Shown: positions 49,027-62,420 of the stretch, one piece after another | How positions within the stretch are numbered: position 1 is the first letter of the stretch | Layout: each line of letters begins with the position of its first letter | Assembly: GCA_002633005.1 (NCBI GenBank) | Contig: NMRA01000046.1 | Coordinates: 1,203,126 to 1,267,125 of the forward strand | Direction of reading: 5' to 3' | DNA: 64,000 nucleotides | Origin: Phoronis australis | Taxonomy: Eukaryota > Animalia > Phoronida | Made by a program: the position numbers and the translations under genes | The notes under the pieces: model-generated | What the model saw: the letters and a program-made list of their open reading frames with translations, nothing else | What the model was told of the DNA's origin: nothing | Database searches by the model: none

Positions 49027-51088
49027 CAGGGCCGTAGGAAGTCAAAAATTATTGGGAGGTTATAAACCAATTCTATTTTGTCAAACTAATCCTCTTTCCT
49101 CTCGCCACCCCTCCGCCCCTCAACCCCCAATCTCCGGATGCCGCTATATTTGAAGCGAACCCCAACGTCTGCCATACAAGTGGGGAGGGGGGGGGGTGGA
49201 ATCCCGGAGATGCAGCTATCAGGATTTGAGTAATCATGAACGAACAAGGTTTCACAGAGAGTTGCAAAGAATGGGTCTAGGGCCAGCGCACTGACGGGTA
49301 GCTCAGCTACGATTCATTTGAGACAGGCAGCTTATCTCGTACCTCGAACCTATCCGTCTGCGCTAGCTCTAAGGTCAAGAAAGGTTTTATCATGATCCAA
49401 GGTTGCGAGAATAGTTCATTCTTTGATTTTTTTTTGAAAATGTGAGGTCCCTTGTATAGTGTCTTTGGGGCTGTTTCAAAATGCCATGTTGAAACACGAC
49501 CGGTAGTCAAGTTTCTTGTGGATGGGAAAATGACACAGAGCGTGTCCAAAAATATACACACTTCAACGTCTGGGGTTCAAATTCAGTTCCCGGGATCACT
49601 AAGATTCTGCGCGGCCTACTGCTTGGTTGCACATTCTTTTTACTGTGGGTGCATCAGTGATTACGTGCAAGCAAACTATTCAATTTTTGAAGAACAGTAA
49701 TATATTGCGCAATATCACTGAAAACTAAAAACATCAAGGAAGTGTACAGAAAATATTTCCAAATAAATGAGCAATGAGATAAACTTCTTCGATCTTCTGT
49801 TTGTGAATTTAAACTACTAATCTAGTTCTTAAGTCAATATGCAAGTTATTGTCATTTGAATTGTGAGAACAACATTTTGGGACACATTGTAGAGCTGTCC
49901 GACGTTCATCAATATCCTTGAGACTTATTTCATATAGACAAAAATCGTTTAGTATACTTTGCTATTTGGGGATCTGACGATAGATTGAATTTTCCCAACG
50001 TCACCCACAACTTCTACCAACAATCCTCAAAAGAAAGACTAGTCTTGTGATGCTATGAGTAAAAGTAACAATATTTTATAACTAACCATCAGAGATTGTC
50101 GTTTTGTGTAATTCACAAATAGTAGTCTTTACGTTCTTTAAATTTCTACCTTTTCGATGGTGGTCAGTTGTATTGTAGTTTTTACATTTTTGATTGTTTG
50201 AGTTCAATGCCTTGATACTGCTGTGATGTGTACGAATGCATTGTGTTTTTGATAAATGTGGAATCTCAACTTCCCCTCGTGAATGCTTGTCAGTCGGATT
50301 TACATGTACAGAGGGACAAAGGGACAATTCTCCCGAACCGATCCAACAAGAGACGGTCCCGTAAGCTTGGAAAACATTGACAGTTCATTCCATCTTCGTG
50401 TGACTCTGCAAGAAGTGACCTTCCTCAACATGAAAGCCGGTTGTACGATGTCACAAAAATCAGAAAAATGGAGGACATTGGGCCCTCTCTCCGTTAGCGG
50501 CCCCTAAGAATTTGTCACGAAAAGGGTTGCCACTTGAATGTCGTCAGTGGTCCCCCTTCGCGAGCTGGGCCCCTAAATATGGAAATATCTATATATTCAA
50601 AGATCAGAAAATGCGCAGCAATTGATATTATCCGTCAGGTCATCAATTTTTGTCAAGTGATATACAAATTCGAGAAAAAAAAAACGAAAAAAGAACAACA
50701 GCTGTCTCCGTTATCCCTTGCTAGAGGGGTGCCTCTGGAAAAACAGTTTTGCATTTGCAAAATTGTCTTATTGACTTTACAATTTTCTCGATTGGTCGAA
50801 ATACATATATGAATGACTAAGTGTGCATTTTCAGGTGCGTTTTGACTAATTATGCTGTAAAAACGAAGACCCTAACAACAATGTCCTGGCCAGGACCCTC
50901 AAAGTGTAAATCATGCACTGATACTGAAATATTATGAATTTCTTCTCTTATCCATATTCACACTCTTTCTTTTCGTGACTGTCCCCGGCCCCACGCCAGT
51001 GTCGGTTGCCACGATTTAACCTTGACGGCTGCAAATTTTTGGGGGTTGGAATGTGCCCCCCTCATACCACCCGCTTCCGAGGGCCCTG
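49027..51088. mobile_element. 2.06-kb non-autonomous DNA transposon with 5-bp TSD ACATT (hAT5-like)
   Basis: acatt-CAGGGCCGTAGGAAG...CTTCCGAGGGCCCTG-acatt; no transposase recognised. Confidence 0.7.
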
Positions 51089-52292
51089 ACATTCTGTTCT
51101 ATTCTATTCCAAAGAAATTTTGTTTGTAGAAAATTGTAGTGCCCTATTGTTTTTAGTTTTATCCTTGAATGAGCTTCCCTTTAAATAAACTACACTGATT
51201 TAGGCTCTGTCTGAATGTTTGAGTGAAAACTTATATAACACTGGGTCTAATCTAAGCATTTTGCCTTATCTCCATCTATATTTCACCTACTTGTGTATAA
51301 TTTATAGTTATCTAAACTGTATTTTTCTAAGAATTAACAACAGATATATTTTATGCGCAATAGCGTTCACCTTCCGGCTCACAAGAACAACCAGTTCGGG
51401 AAACAAGAGACCGTGGAAGGGGTGGAATAGTGATCCACGTCATCGTGGAGGAAGCAGAGCTCAAGGGGTTAACCTAGTTGTGCAAGTTGAAAGTCTTGCT
51501 GGCGACAGAAAAAATGTTATGCCAGGTATGAAACTGAGGACTGAATGATTTTAATAAAAACATGCTAGTCATATTGTGGTTGTCTTTGTAGGTGTTGGCA
51601 CAAAAATCTTACAAATGAAAGGGTGCAGTGTTTAAAAATTCTTTGTTCTCATTGATGTGAATGTAGTCAATGAATTACGTCCACTTTAGGTTCTAACTGA
51701 TCGCATTTTATTATTGATGTTTGTTAATTCAAATCTCTGTTGGAAATACCATCCAAAACAAAGGAAAGTCTCACTTTGCAAAAGTATTGGCGAGTTCATA
51801 GTCTGCAATAATGAAAATCTATACATTTTGATTGTCCAATACAAGATGTCAATCCACATCAAACAGTGGTAGCTTATATTTCATTTACAAGCGACAAGTT
51901 GCTATTCATTTCCTTGTCAAATCTGCAATAATGTTGAAACAACATGAAAATATATTTTACTAATATTTTCAGGATTTCTAAGTGTTTTGCCCAGATGAAG
52001 GTGCACTCGCTTTAGGCGAACTGCAACGAAATGGCTTGATTTCACTGAGGCCAGAGACTGGTCAGAAGGCGTCTAACCGACATGGACATCTTGTGAGACG
52101 TGTGGAAAGGGTTGCGCAGAGTTGTATTTGGACAAAAATCAACTAATTTACAGACACCGTGGGACATTATACAGGCTGCCCAGATTTAGCGGACCATTGA
52201 ATGTTGGTATTTTGGTGTCACCTTCTTGTGCACTTGTTGTTACTTCATCTGTGAAATGAAAGCATTTTACTGCTACTGCTACAATCTCATTA

Positions 52293-52366
52293 TCACTTGG
52301 TGATTCAAAATGCGAGGTCTTCTCCACAATCACTTGGTGATTCAAAATGCGAGGTCTTCTCCACAC
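52293..52366. repeat. Local tandem duplication of about 37 bp
   Basis: tcacttggtgattcaaaatgcgaggtc(t)tctccaca twice. Confidence 0.9.
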
Positions 52367-54915
52367 CTGTCGCTTGAGTTACCAAAAAATTAGTGTCAGA
52401 TAAATTATTACAGACATGTGAGCATTGATCCAACGGCTATAACTGTCAACCTTCCTTAAGACTTTTTCCCCCGAAAATTAAATATTGGTGTACCGTAATA
52501 TGTCCATATTTTGCAGTGCCACTCAACATTTCATAAATGCATTATTTAGGCGCCAAATGTGCAAGTTGTGTGGAAAGAGTTCAATATATTTTAAGTGCAA
52601 GAGAAGTCTTTACCAGCCATTTTCAAACCTTTTGATTTTCGACACTTGTAGCACTTTCAACACTATTAATGAATTGTGCGGGGTCCGTCGATTAGCCTGA
52701 AAATGTGCTCTTGTGCCATACCCCATTCGTAAAGTAATATCGTCTCAAGATTTTTAGTTTGCTCAGAACAGAGGTACCGACCATCCGAAATAAAAACTTT
52801 TTGCGATAATTTAAAATGACACTTTGTTGCTTGATATCTCTGTTGTTATACTGGAAATAAACAAATCTAAGACATGGTTCCCTATGTATTGAGAGCAAGT
52901 ACATTAGACCACTAGTCTACGGGAGTTAACGTTTTTTAGAAATGCATGTCTCAAGCCCAAATTACGTCTGAAAATCTGGTGGTCATGTGATAATAAACGA
53001 GCGAACACAGTGTGTTTTATAACTGCCAATGTTCGGTATTTCTTCAAGATAGTTCACAGAATGCTCGCTTTCTTATTTATAACCATGTCGTGTATTTAGT
53101 AACTCTGATGAAAATTAATACAAACATATCATCCAAACAGTATTTTGTCAAACTTAACGCACATGGGTGTACTCCGTGCAAGGTGGTAATTAACCCGAAA
53201 CCTCTGTAAAAATGACTATCTAGGCCACCTGTTAGTCCGCAATCTGCTTCGTTTTGTTCCTCAGGTCTTCAGTGATTCAAACCTCGACATTTTAGTTGCT
53301 TACCACCCCAGGTTAATTTCAGTCGCCAATTCGTTGTAACCACTTTCTATTTACACTTAAGTTAAGACTCCGATGAGGTCGTTTGGGAAGAACACATCTA
53401 GCTATGAATGGAAAAGTTCACGTTTTTAATACCAGGACCCAATCTCCAATCTCATACTCATATTCGAGATTTCATACTCAAAATCGTGCTCACTGGAGTT
53501 GTACTCGAAAAAGTGTATTCCAAGTCACATTTCGAGTGGACTCCAAACGTATTCGAATCTAAGAACCGTTGCGCTGATTCAGCGCCCCCTATTCGCATTA
53601 GCTACCATTGCAACTACATTATCGTTTGCTGTCGCTACAAGAGTGTAACATAGAAAGGTGAGTGTTCTGCAACTGTTATTCATTATTTTTTCATTTACAA
53701 TACAAAATTCTTATACCAAAAAATTATAGACTTCTTGATACATGTGCCAATTAAGGTTTACTTCTCGTGTTCCTTATTTCCCGAAAATGTCTTAAGAAAT
53801 TTGTAACAGCTCATCTCATCAAAGTCACGTCCAGAGCAGCTACAATCTCGGTGTCTGATTTAGACAGGGGGCAAAATGGGTTCACACTCCCCTAAACTTG
53901 AGACATTCACCCCTAACGTTGGCATGGTCGCACCAAGTATTGCCATACGGGTCCCATAAAATGTCGCGGCCCTAACAAAATATCCCAAAACGGGGTACTA
54001 CCCAAGACAAAAAAAAATGCGTATGAAACCAAACAAAAAATTTCATCACAACACTTGAATAAAAATTTCATAGAAACACTTGCCCGAAATATGCACCACG
54101 AAAAGTTGGTGTCTTGCCAATTTTTGCCTGCGCTAGTGTCACCCAAAAATGTGTGGCAGATTGTATTTTTTACATGCATGTGATTGTATTTTTGCTACCA
54201 CAACTCATTGTACCAGGATAAAGCTCTCATTGATTGTTTGTTAAGAAATTGAAAGGTTGCCGAGCTTTGTTAACATAAACTATGACTTCGAAATTTTGCC
54301 AGTATGTATACATACACATCTTTACTGATAGGTAAAATTTTTATTACTTATACCAAATACGGAAAAGTGAGCAAAACATCCGCCCAATTTTTGTTGACGT
54401 CACATCTCTTCCGACCGTTTCTAAAAACACGGTTCTAAAAATGTCAGGTGTGGCTTTTGCTAAGTCTTTACCTATTTATACGTTTTAAAAAGTTCAAGTT
54501 TGTAATAAAAACCGAAGACCTTAAAATGAGACACAAAATTTATTTTCCCCACTTCTTTACAATTTCTATGCCTAAACAAAAACAAATAGTAATAACCGTG
54601 TACTTCATAATCTGCTTATTGTGTACAACTGCCTCCAAAACAGCACACTCCATTTTTGAGAAGTTGTAGTTGTAGGGAAAGGTTTTGTGAGTAGATAAAG
54701 TTTGAGTCTAATACTGGAGTAAAAACTTACAAAAAATAGCGACGTTGCGTCCGCATCTCACATACTTCAGCTTGGCTTATGATGTTGTTTTCTCAACTGG
54801 ATGTCTCAAAATTTTCAAGCTTTGTGAGTACTTATATCTAATTATGTTTTACTTCTGTTACACTATATTTTAGAATATCTTGAACGCAGCAGTGCTGTGG
54901 GCTCAGTCTCAGTCA

Positions 54916-55235
54916 TAACAGCTTATTATTTAAAATGACATTCTTATTAAAATGACATGGGCAAAAAATTGAATTTTGGGCTCAAAAAAGGGCTCCCTAT
55001 ATAATATAGAGACCCGGTCGAAGGGTTCAGACAAGCAGGGTCTCCTATATTAGGGGCCCCGCTATTCGGACCCTTTCAGATGGGGTCGTCTATATTAATA
55101 TAGAGCGACCCCGCTTGTCTGACCCTTCGACCGGAGCATTCTTTATTAATATAGGGAGCCCACTTTTGAGCCCAAAATTCAATTTCTTGTCCGTGTAATT
55201 TTAATAAAAAAAGTCATTTTAAATAATAAGCAGTT
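54916..55235. mobile_element. About 320-bp foldback MITE / long palindrome
   Basis: taacagcttattatttaaaatgac...ttgaattttgggctcaaaa...ccggtcgaagggt mirrored by acccttcgaccgg...ttttgagcccaaaattcaa...gtcattttaaataataagcagtta. Confidence 0.85.
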
Positions 55236-57429
55236 ACAAATATTTCATGCCGTTTGCGTCTTTCTGTGAACAACAAATCAAATCTCCAGAGAACACCAAA
55301 ATGTGTATTTCACCTTAACACATACATTACAGTTCCGTTGCACATTACATACGCTCCATTCCATGTATGTCAAAGACGAAAACACACCCTTCTCCGACAC
55401 CTGTCGCTTGCGAAGTGCCCGACACACAGTCTCGTGGTCCACGTAACAAAGACTATACAGCGCACTGAGACGCAACAAAGACATTAAGCATAAGAATAAA
55501 TGAACAATAACTAAATAAGCATAACAATAAACGTACATTTACTAATACCCCGTCACATGTGCATAGAAAAATATTTTTTAAGACTCTATCCACTGTCAAG
55601 CCTCATAAATTGTCAGTGTTAATGATCCATTTTCGACGCACTCAACTGTGACAGTCACATTTACTTGGGTTACTGTATAACTGTCGTACGAACAACGCAA
55701 TTGTGGCCCATCGGTAGTGTGTAATTTTAATCAGTATTAACAATGGAAGGCGTCAATGATGTTACTTTATTTTGCCGAAAATGCGAGTACTGCGTGAGGT
55801 AAAATAGGTCCCAGATAACACCCAAGAGGCCCGGGAAATCGTGTGACAAACACATAGGACATTCATTCCACAAATTGAATTTGAATTATTCTGTAAAAGA
55901 GTTGCGCTTTCGCTTTCTTTTTATATTTGCCAGGAGTCACCTAACGATCTACGCTAGCATTAGTGCATGAGGTGATGGGGATTTCTGTAAGCTCCTCCCA
56001 CAGGAGACGGCATATTGAAATTTTCTAAGTCAATGATGCAGTAGTGGGCCGGCGACCCCCGGCCGCGGGGGACAGGCACCATATCAGCAGCCAGCATTTT
56101 TAAGGAATAGTTCGAATTGCACATATTCTGTGAGGGAAGGTTGAATTTCAAAGGTTTGGACCTTAATCGACCTATCGCCAGGATTGTGACTGACAGCTTA
56201 ACTGAGCAATTAGAAAGCAGCATTCTTGACACCTTCGTCTGCGTTTCCAAGTCGCCATTTTACCCGACAAATAACACGTTGTCAGTTTGTTCCAAGATAC
56301 GTACTTTTCAGTTTGATGGGTATAGTGTAGGCCTTTCTGATTTTGACTTCCGAGTTTCACTCGTCTGGGCGCCTTTGTCTCGACATCTGCTGGATCCCAG
56401 CACTATTGTAGCGGTAGTCCCCTGAAATTGCTGTTTTTAAGGACATTTTTGTTATTTTTCATTTATTTAGACCTATGATGGACATCGTTCTGTTTCGTAG
56501 AAGAGGTACATTTTTTGATATTCATATACCTGTAGGTTGGCGTTCAACTGAACTGCTCACTAAAGTTGACAGATACGATCGGCACATGCAAGGCGGGGCA
56601 CTAGACTACTGGATTCAAAGCGTGGGTTTCTTCGCAATAGTTTTTTCGGGGTAGTGGGCCTTCGAAGTGATGGTTTTTCTTCGGAGTAATGGGTTTGTTG
56701 GAGTAGTGGGGCAATAAATAACGACATATTGGTCGACATTTAAGTTTATTGTCTCTAAACCATTCTGAAGACAAAAGACAAACGTTGGAATATTGGTAAG
56801 TTTTGTACTTTGTCTTGAGAATGGTTTAGAGACTGTAAACCGGTCAATATGTCTGATTTTAAAGTTAGAACGTATTTGTTTCATTTCATAAAATTAATTA
56901 GATGCATTTTCTCTTGGTCAAGCGAAGGTTAAAGAAGATACGATACAAGGGCCTTTAACTGCAAAGACAGTAGAAACGGCAGAAACAAGTCATTGGACTT
57001 CATTGTCCAAATTATTTGAGTGAAGACGCCACGTTTTCTTGGGTATTCCAAGTTCTAGTAAGCCCATGTGCGATCTTGGGAGTAAGCGAAATTCCAAGTT
57101 CATATTCGACCTCCGCAAGACACTCGAAATTCGATTGACAATTCAGCAGGCGTGCATCTTTTCTTGGTGCACGACACAAAAAATAAAAATTAAGCTAGAA
57201 AAAATTTGTATTAGATTTAGTTTATTATTTAAAAAAAATCGGTATCATGTCGAAAGAGTACGCGTTGAATCAGTTGAGTGCAATGCGGCCATGGGATATT
57301 GTTTTTCGTATTCACCCCCCGCACTACTTCAACAGTGCCCTCTGACATGGAAAGTTCAAAGGGTAGGTCAATGTCGACTCGACGTCGTTAGCCGGTCCGA
57401 TCAACAAACTCCGTATATAGTTTAAAGTA

Positions 57430-60370
57430 ATACAATAGCGGAGTTGCAACGCCGCCATATTGGAAATGGGTCAGAATGTTGCATTGTGGTTAAGCTGGTA
57501 AACAAGTACGTCGGCAAGCGTGGGGGCGAACCGNCTAGAGGGCGTGCGTGTACTAGTGGTGATAGATTAACAGCCTCGATTTTGCTAGCCCTTTAAATAC
57601 ATGGTGAAATGGCTTGTAGGTGTGCAAACTGAATCTGAGATTGCGTGAAAAGGGTGCTTCTATGAGAGAAAGTAAGCACGACCTTATACAAAGGTAAGGT
57701 TTGTGATTATTTTAACGATTATACCATGTTTATTCTACTGATGCCTGTTAACTGAGATACTCGCCGATGTTGACTTCGCGACAGTCGCCAGTCGGGTTTG
57801 TTGTGATGCTTGTTACGATACTTGACGTAGCACTCGGGATCTTTTCGTACACCAAAGCCGTATTATTGTTTGGAATGATTTCAAACAGGTTTGTCAGTGA
57901 CAGTTACATCAATGAATGCTGAATGTTTAACTCGATATGGGTTAGTGAGATTACAAGCCCAAGCCCAATGCCATGGCAAAGGGTACGTAAATATCCATTA
58001 GACTATTTGTTTACTCCCTATCCTATGTCTTCCGGAAATTTATTATACGTTGAAATGAAATTCTATAATGTCTGTTTTCACGTGACCTTTGATTTTTAGG
58101 TTTGAGGGCTTGTACCGTGCAGAGGAGATATGCATCGCTTCTGCATCGACCCTGAATGGACAAAAATTGGTTATAAGCAGTTGACTGCAGCTAACCACCA
58201 AGATCTTCCCATACAGTGTACATGTACTGTAGATCTGTTGTTAAAGCTTACTTTCTTCATCGGAGACAACGAACAAGCTTTGTTACTCTTTTCTCTTCCC
58301 ACAGCATTTCCACCCACCATTTGCGCTGCATGGCGCAATGTACATGCCAGTGGCCCTGGTGAAATGTGACTCTCAGTACGAAGTCACCATAAGACGTGTT
58401 CTTTGTGTATGAAGAGGAACTATATCTACTGCTACACAAGTCAGCCTCGTTGTGAGGTTACCTTTCAAAGGCATTAAGTCATGTGTGGACAATAGCTTAT
58501 TTCCTTTCCTAGAAGAAACATGCTGGATTGAAGCTAAAGAAGACGTAGTGACACACTGGTCTAGTTCAGAGTCAGATTTTGGGCACAAAACGAGTCAAGT
58601 GATATGCTGTTGTGTTTACCTTCAAGGATCTAATTGAGGCTGAATGAGGTTACCTGGAGGAAAGCCACGTGCCGAAACTGGACCTTTTTTACAAGCGCTT
58701 ATATAGGCTATTGAAACAAGATCTCTGTGAAATGAAAACCAAAAACATCTGGTATAAATACCTGTCCTTTCTCACTGAGTGACATTAACATTTCCTTTCA
58801 GAAGAAAGGCTTTATACTAATGGTAAAAACTTTTCAATTTGGTACACATTATGGGGAAACGACATTCAGTGACTGCATCGATTGTCTTATTGTCAGTAAA
58901 AAGCCCGTTAATGTTACACTTTCATGATCAAATAAATTTTTCATCAACAGGCAAGTTTGTCATTGATTATTGAAACCACAATATTTCTTCAGTTTTAAAG
59001 CCCCATACAGTGCAGTTGTGCTTATTCTTTATAAAGCTGAAATGACTAGCGATTACGCTTGCGAATTGTCGTTTTCCTGTTGACCTCTAGAAATGTGCAG
59101 CGATCAAAATGAAGTATCCTCTTTGTTTGCATTTGATTTGTTTGTGTGTGTAATTATTTTTAGAGCTTTCTTAAGAAGGCCTTTGAACAACTTTAAGTTT
59201 TGTGATAATTTGTCCACAACAAAAATTCCACATGCAAGAAAAGTATATAAAGAAACAACATTGTTAAAAACAATTGTAATTATTCCCACGCAGTGGAGTC
59301 CATAATCAGGCATATCAAAGGCTGAATTTCTGAATTAGGTTCAATTGCTGAAGGATTACTTTTCGCTTTGTCCAAAGGTAAAATAGATGATCAGGCGGCT
59401 GGTTTCAGTCGTTTTCTCTCACCTGTAACAGAATAGTCAGAGCAATATTACCAAATTATAAAAGAAAACACAAGACAAAACTATTTTAGTAAGGCAGAAC
59501 ATACTTGACGTTTCATCTTCATGTTTATATGTAGAAACTAAATCTTTGTACCCAAGTCTTATTTAAGAACTGAATTAAACTATGTGAAACAGGCTAAAAG
59601 TGATTTAATAATGTGTATTTTTCACGACACCTAAAATGAGCATGTGACCTCAACAAGTAAAATTCATTCTAGGTGTCAATTTTTATTCCAATGCAATGTT
59701 ATGACGTTTAATGAATAGCTTATTCATGTTAATTCGGTAACTAATCTGGTTGTCCTGGGGGTGGGGTCGGCTATGAAATAAGGAAACTCACTCGTCTACA
59801 GAATTTTATTGGACATAGCATAGCTTTGAAGAGAAACTGCTGTGAAAAAGGCACCCCTGACTTCTGATCGTCACGTACCACACACCTCTTACTTTGGGCG
59901 CATTCCCACCCTTGTAGGACAAGGTGAGTATGTGCTGCTAGCCTACCCGACATCCGAGTCCTGGGTGAGTTTCCGAAAAGAAACACTTAGTTCCATTAAA
60001 TGAACCCGTTATTCAGTGGGGGTAATTGGTGGGGATAACATCACGGAACGATGTCGATAGAAACTGGAGTGCTAAAAACTTACCAAGTAACCTTATCCTT
60101 ATGTAGTCTCCCAAAGCCCCAAAGTGGCTTCGGCATCCACACACTTTTTCTCAGTTGGTTGACCCTTTTGACCGCAATGCTCCACCAATGTAGTAACCTT
60201 AGGTCTTTTGGTAACTTGTGACCACCTGTCGAAGACTTGCACCAGGGAAAATAGCAATAATAAGGCTTTGCGCGACGACGTATTTTGATAACAATCCGTC
60301 TTTTTACCAGCTGATTACATGCAGAGAGCGATGCATGCGCAATTCAATCACCACTAGTACAGCAGCGACA
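57430..60370. mobile_element. Highly decayed element with THAP/transposase-like traces on both strands
   Basis: Plus: MHRF..DPE..NWL*AV (about 58130), VFFVYEEELYLLL and HWSSS (58395-58570). Minus: SVSFRKL..D, VCG, RKRLKPAA*SSI (59370-59990). 15-bp inverted match tgtactagtggtgat/atcaccactagtaca at about 57550 and 60350. Confidence 0.35.
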
Positions 60371-60429
60371 CCGCGAGGAGAATTCTCCGAATTGCCCCAT
60401 TATATGACACTTCTGTCTCAGTTTTCAAT

Positions 60430-60900
60430 TGCTAAGTATTAGATCGTCTGTAACGCAGGCGCCGATTCCTTGGCAATTACAATATCGAACATTGTTGTTA
60501 TTTAACTATTTCCAGGAAACGTGACAAGTCAATGCGCAATTACCGTTGTTTTCATCTGTGTTTTCTCTTTTCGAGTAAGAAACCGTTACATTTACAACTG
60601 CTTCTTTTACTAGAGAAAACTTGTAACCTATCGCGCAAGTATATACATGTAGGATGTGATTCGCCACGTGAACAGTCTGGGTGAAGTTTTTGAAAAATCC
60701 GCCGAAAAAATGAAAGAAACTGAAAGCGTATTGGATAAATACAAAACGCACCTCGATTGGCGTAGATGAAGTAATATCCCACTCGACATTAATCCGTGTG
60801 TGGACCTAGACATTCGTTCTCCGTCGATACGCGGAATAATGTATCGTGGGATATTACTTCATCTACGCCACTCTCGGTACGTTTTGTGTATTTATTTGGG
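60430..60900 (-). repeat. Uninterrupted inverted copy of the repeat that is split by Kolobok copy 2
   Basis: Reverse complement matches 45170-45389 joined to 47611-47755; contains a perfect 24-bp inverted repeat 60758-60870. Confidence 0.8.
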
Positions 60901-61655
60901 TTTAGGTTTCGAATAAAAGTGTTTTAACAAAAATGGAAGGGAAATAGTATAGCTAGTTTTTATACATAAATGTGCCTTTTTAGAATGAAGAACTTCGTTG
61001 AAATGACGGTGTCGCGCTCTGTTTTCTGTTTTAAGAGTCGTTGTCTTCCAAAATCCGGCAAAAGGAGATATCATAGGAACATGACATGTCACTAAAATCG
61101 ATTTTGTGCTATGAAATTTCATCATGTGTTGAAAGAGCTTAAAAATAGCATTATTTGTTTTTTGGTCTTTGTTTAAAAAAATTTGAGCCAAAAATTATTC
61201 GTTTGTTTTTCCGTGGAACTTGACATACTGGAAAGAGTAAAAATTCGCCATGATCAGTTAAAATTTCAGAGGCTTATTTGTCTGCTAAAATGGCAATGTA
61301 AAAAATTGCATTGTTCTCTCTCCGCAAATCGAATGATAATTTAAAGTGTCTCCCATTTCCCATGTTTTTTAATCATCCAAGCCACCGAATTACGTTTACG
61401 TGACCTGCTTGTAAACATTAAGACTAAAACATCACTTGTAGCTTTTGTTCCCGAAAAAGTGCTAATGGGCACATTTCCTCCCTTTGTTTCCGACACAAAG
61501 ACCATGGACACTTACTGACTTTAGGCACTTAATTGAAAATCCCCGGTACAATCTTGCATTTGTGATATAAAATTTGCTTCACTAGGTGTACTATGCTGTG
61601 GATCAGCTGTGGTAACCATATCGTTTTCATTGTTTGCTGTGTTCGAATATTTTAG

Positions 61656-61934
61656 TCGTATGAATGGTAGCGTAGATTTCAACAAGAACTGGACTGACTA
61701 CAAATACGGCTTTGGTGACAAGTCCAACGAATTTTGGCTAGGCAATGAATTTCTCAATTCATTCACGAAAAACAAGGATCTTGTTTTGAGAATTGAACTT
61801 GGAGACTGGAACTTAAGGAAAGTTTACGCTGAATATACAAGATTCCGCGTTGCCGACGAGAGGGATTTCTATCGACTGACAATTGGAAAATACAGCGGAA
61901 CGGCTGGGGACGCTCTTCACTTTGGACTGATTAA
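61656..61934 (+). CDS. EGF-FReD exon 6, fibrinogen domain (RMNGSVDFNKNWTDYKYGFG...EFWLGN...YSGTAGDAL)
   Basis: Canonical FReD motifs; ttttag acceptor in phase 2 completes QRR from exon 5 across a 16.9-kb intron; AA|gtaagc donor. Confidence 0.9.
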
Positions 61935-62420
61935 GTAAGCGAAGTGTTTTTATTCACGATTCATGATTTTCTGAGCTCCATCTCCTCTAATCAGTTGTTT
62001 GGCTCAAGTTCTGTTACGGGTCATCGCCTAGCAGAAAACAAAAATCTTATTGGTCAACCAAAACAATCTTACTGTCTTCCGACAACAGCACCAGAAACGC
62101 GTTATTGGATTAGTTAAATCCTGAAAAGGGTGTGCAGGCAAAAAAAAAACTCCGTTGAGAAATAGGCTAGTCTCACTACACAACAATCAGTCGCCATTTC
62201 CCGTGAATACGTAGCATAGCAGCTGTTGGTTTTGGTTCTTCGGATAAGAAATCTAAACTTGTTTAAATCGACAACTAAACTGGACGAAATGCAGCAGTTT
62301 TCTGCTTGTGACATGCTTTGTTGATCTTTTTCATCGAAGTCGTATATGTGGCGCGTGGCTTATAGTAACGGAGATACCATGTAGTATATGAATCGTTTCT
62401 AATGTTTTAAAATTTCATAG

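Noticed and set aside
55960-57425. ORFs of 96-128 aa as a nested gene in the long intron
   Set aside because: No motifs and no consistent splice structure found.
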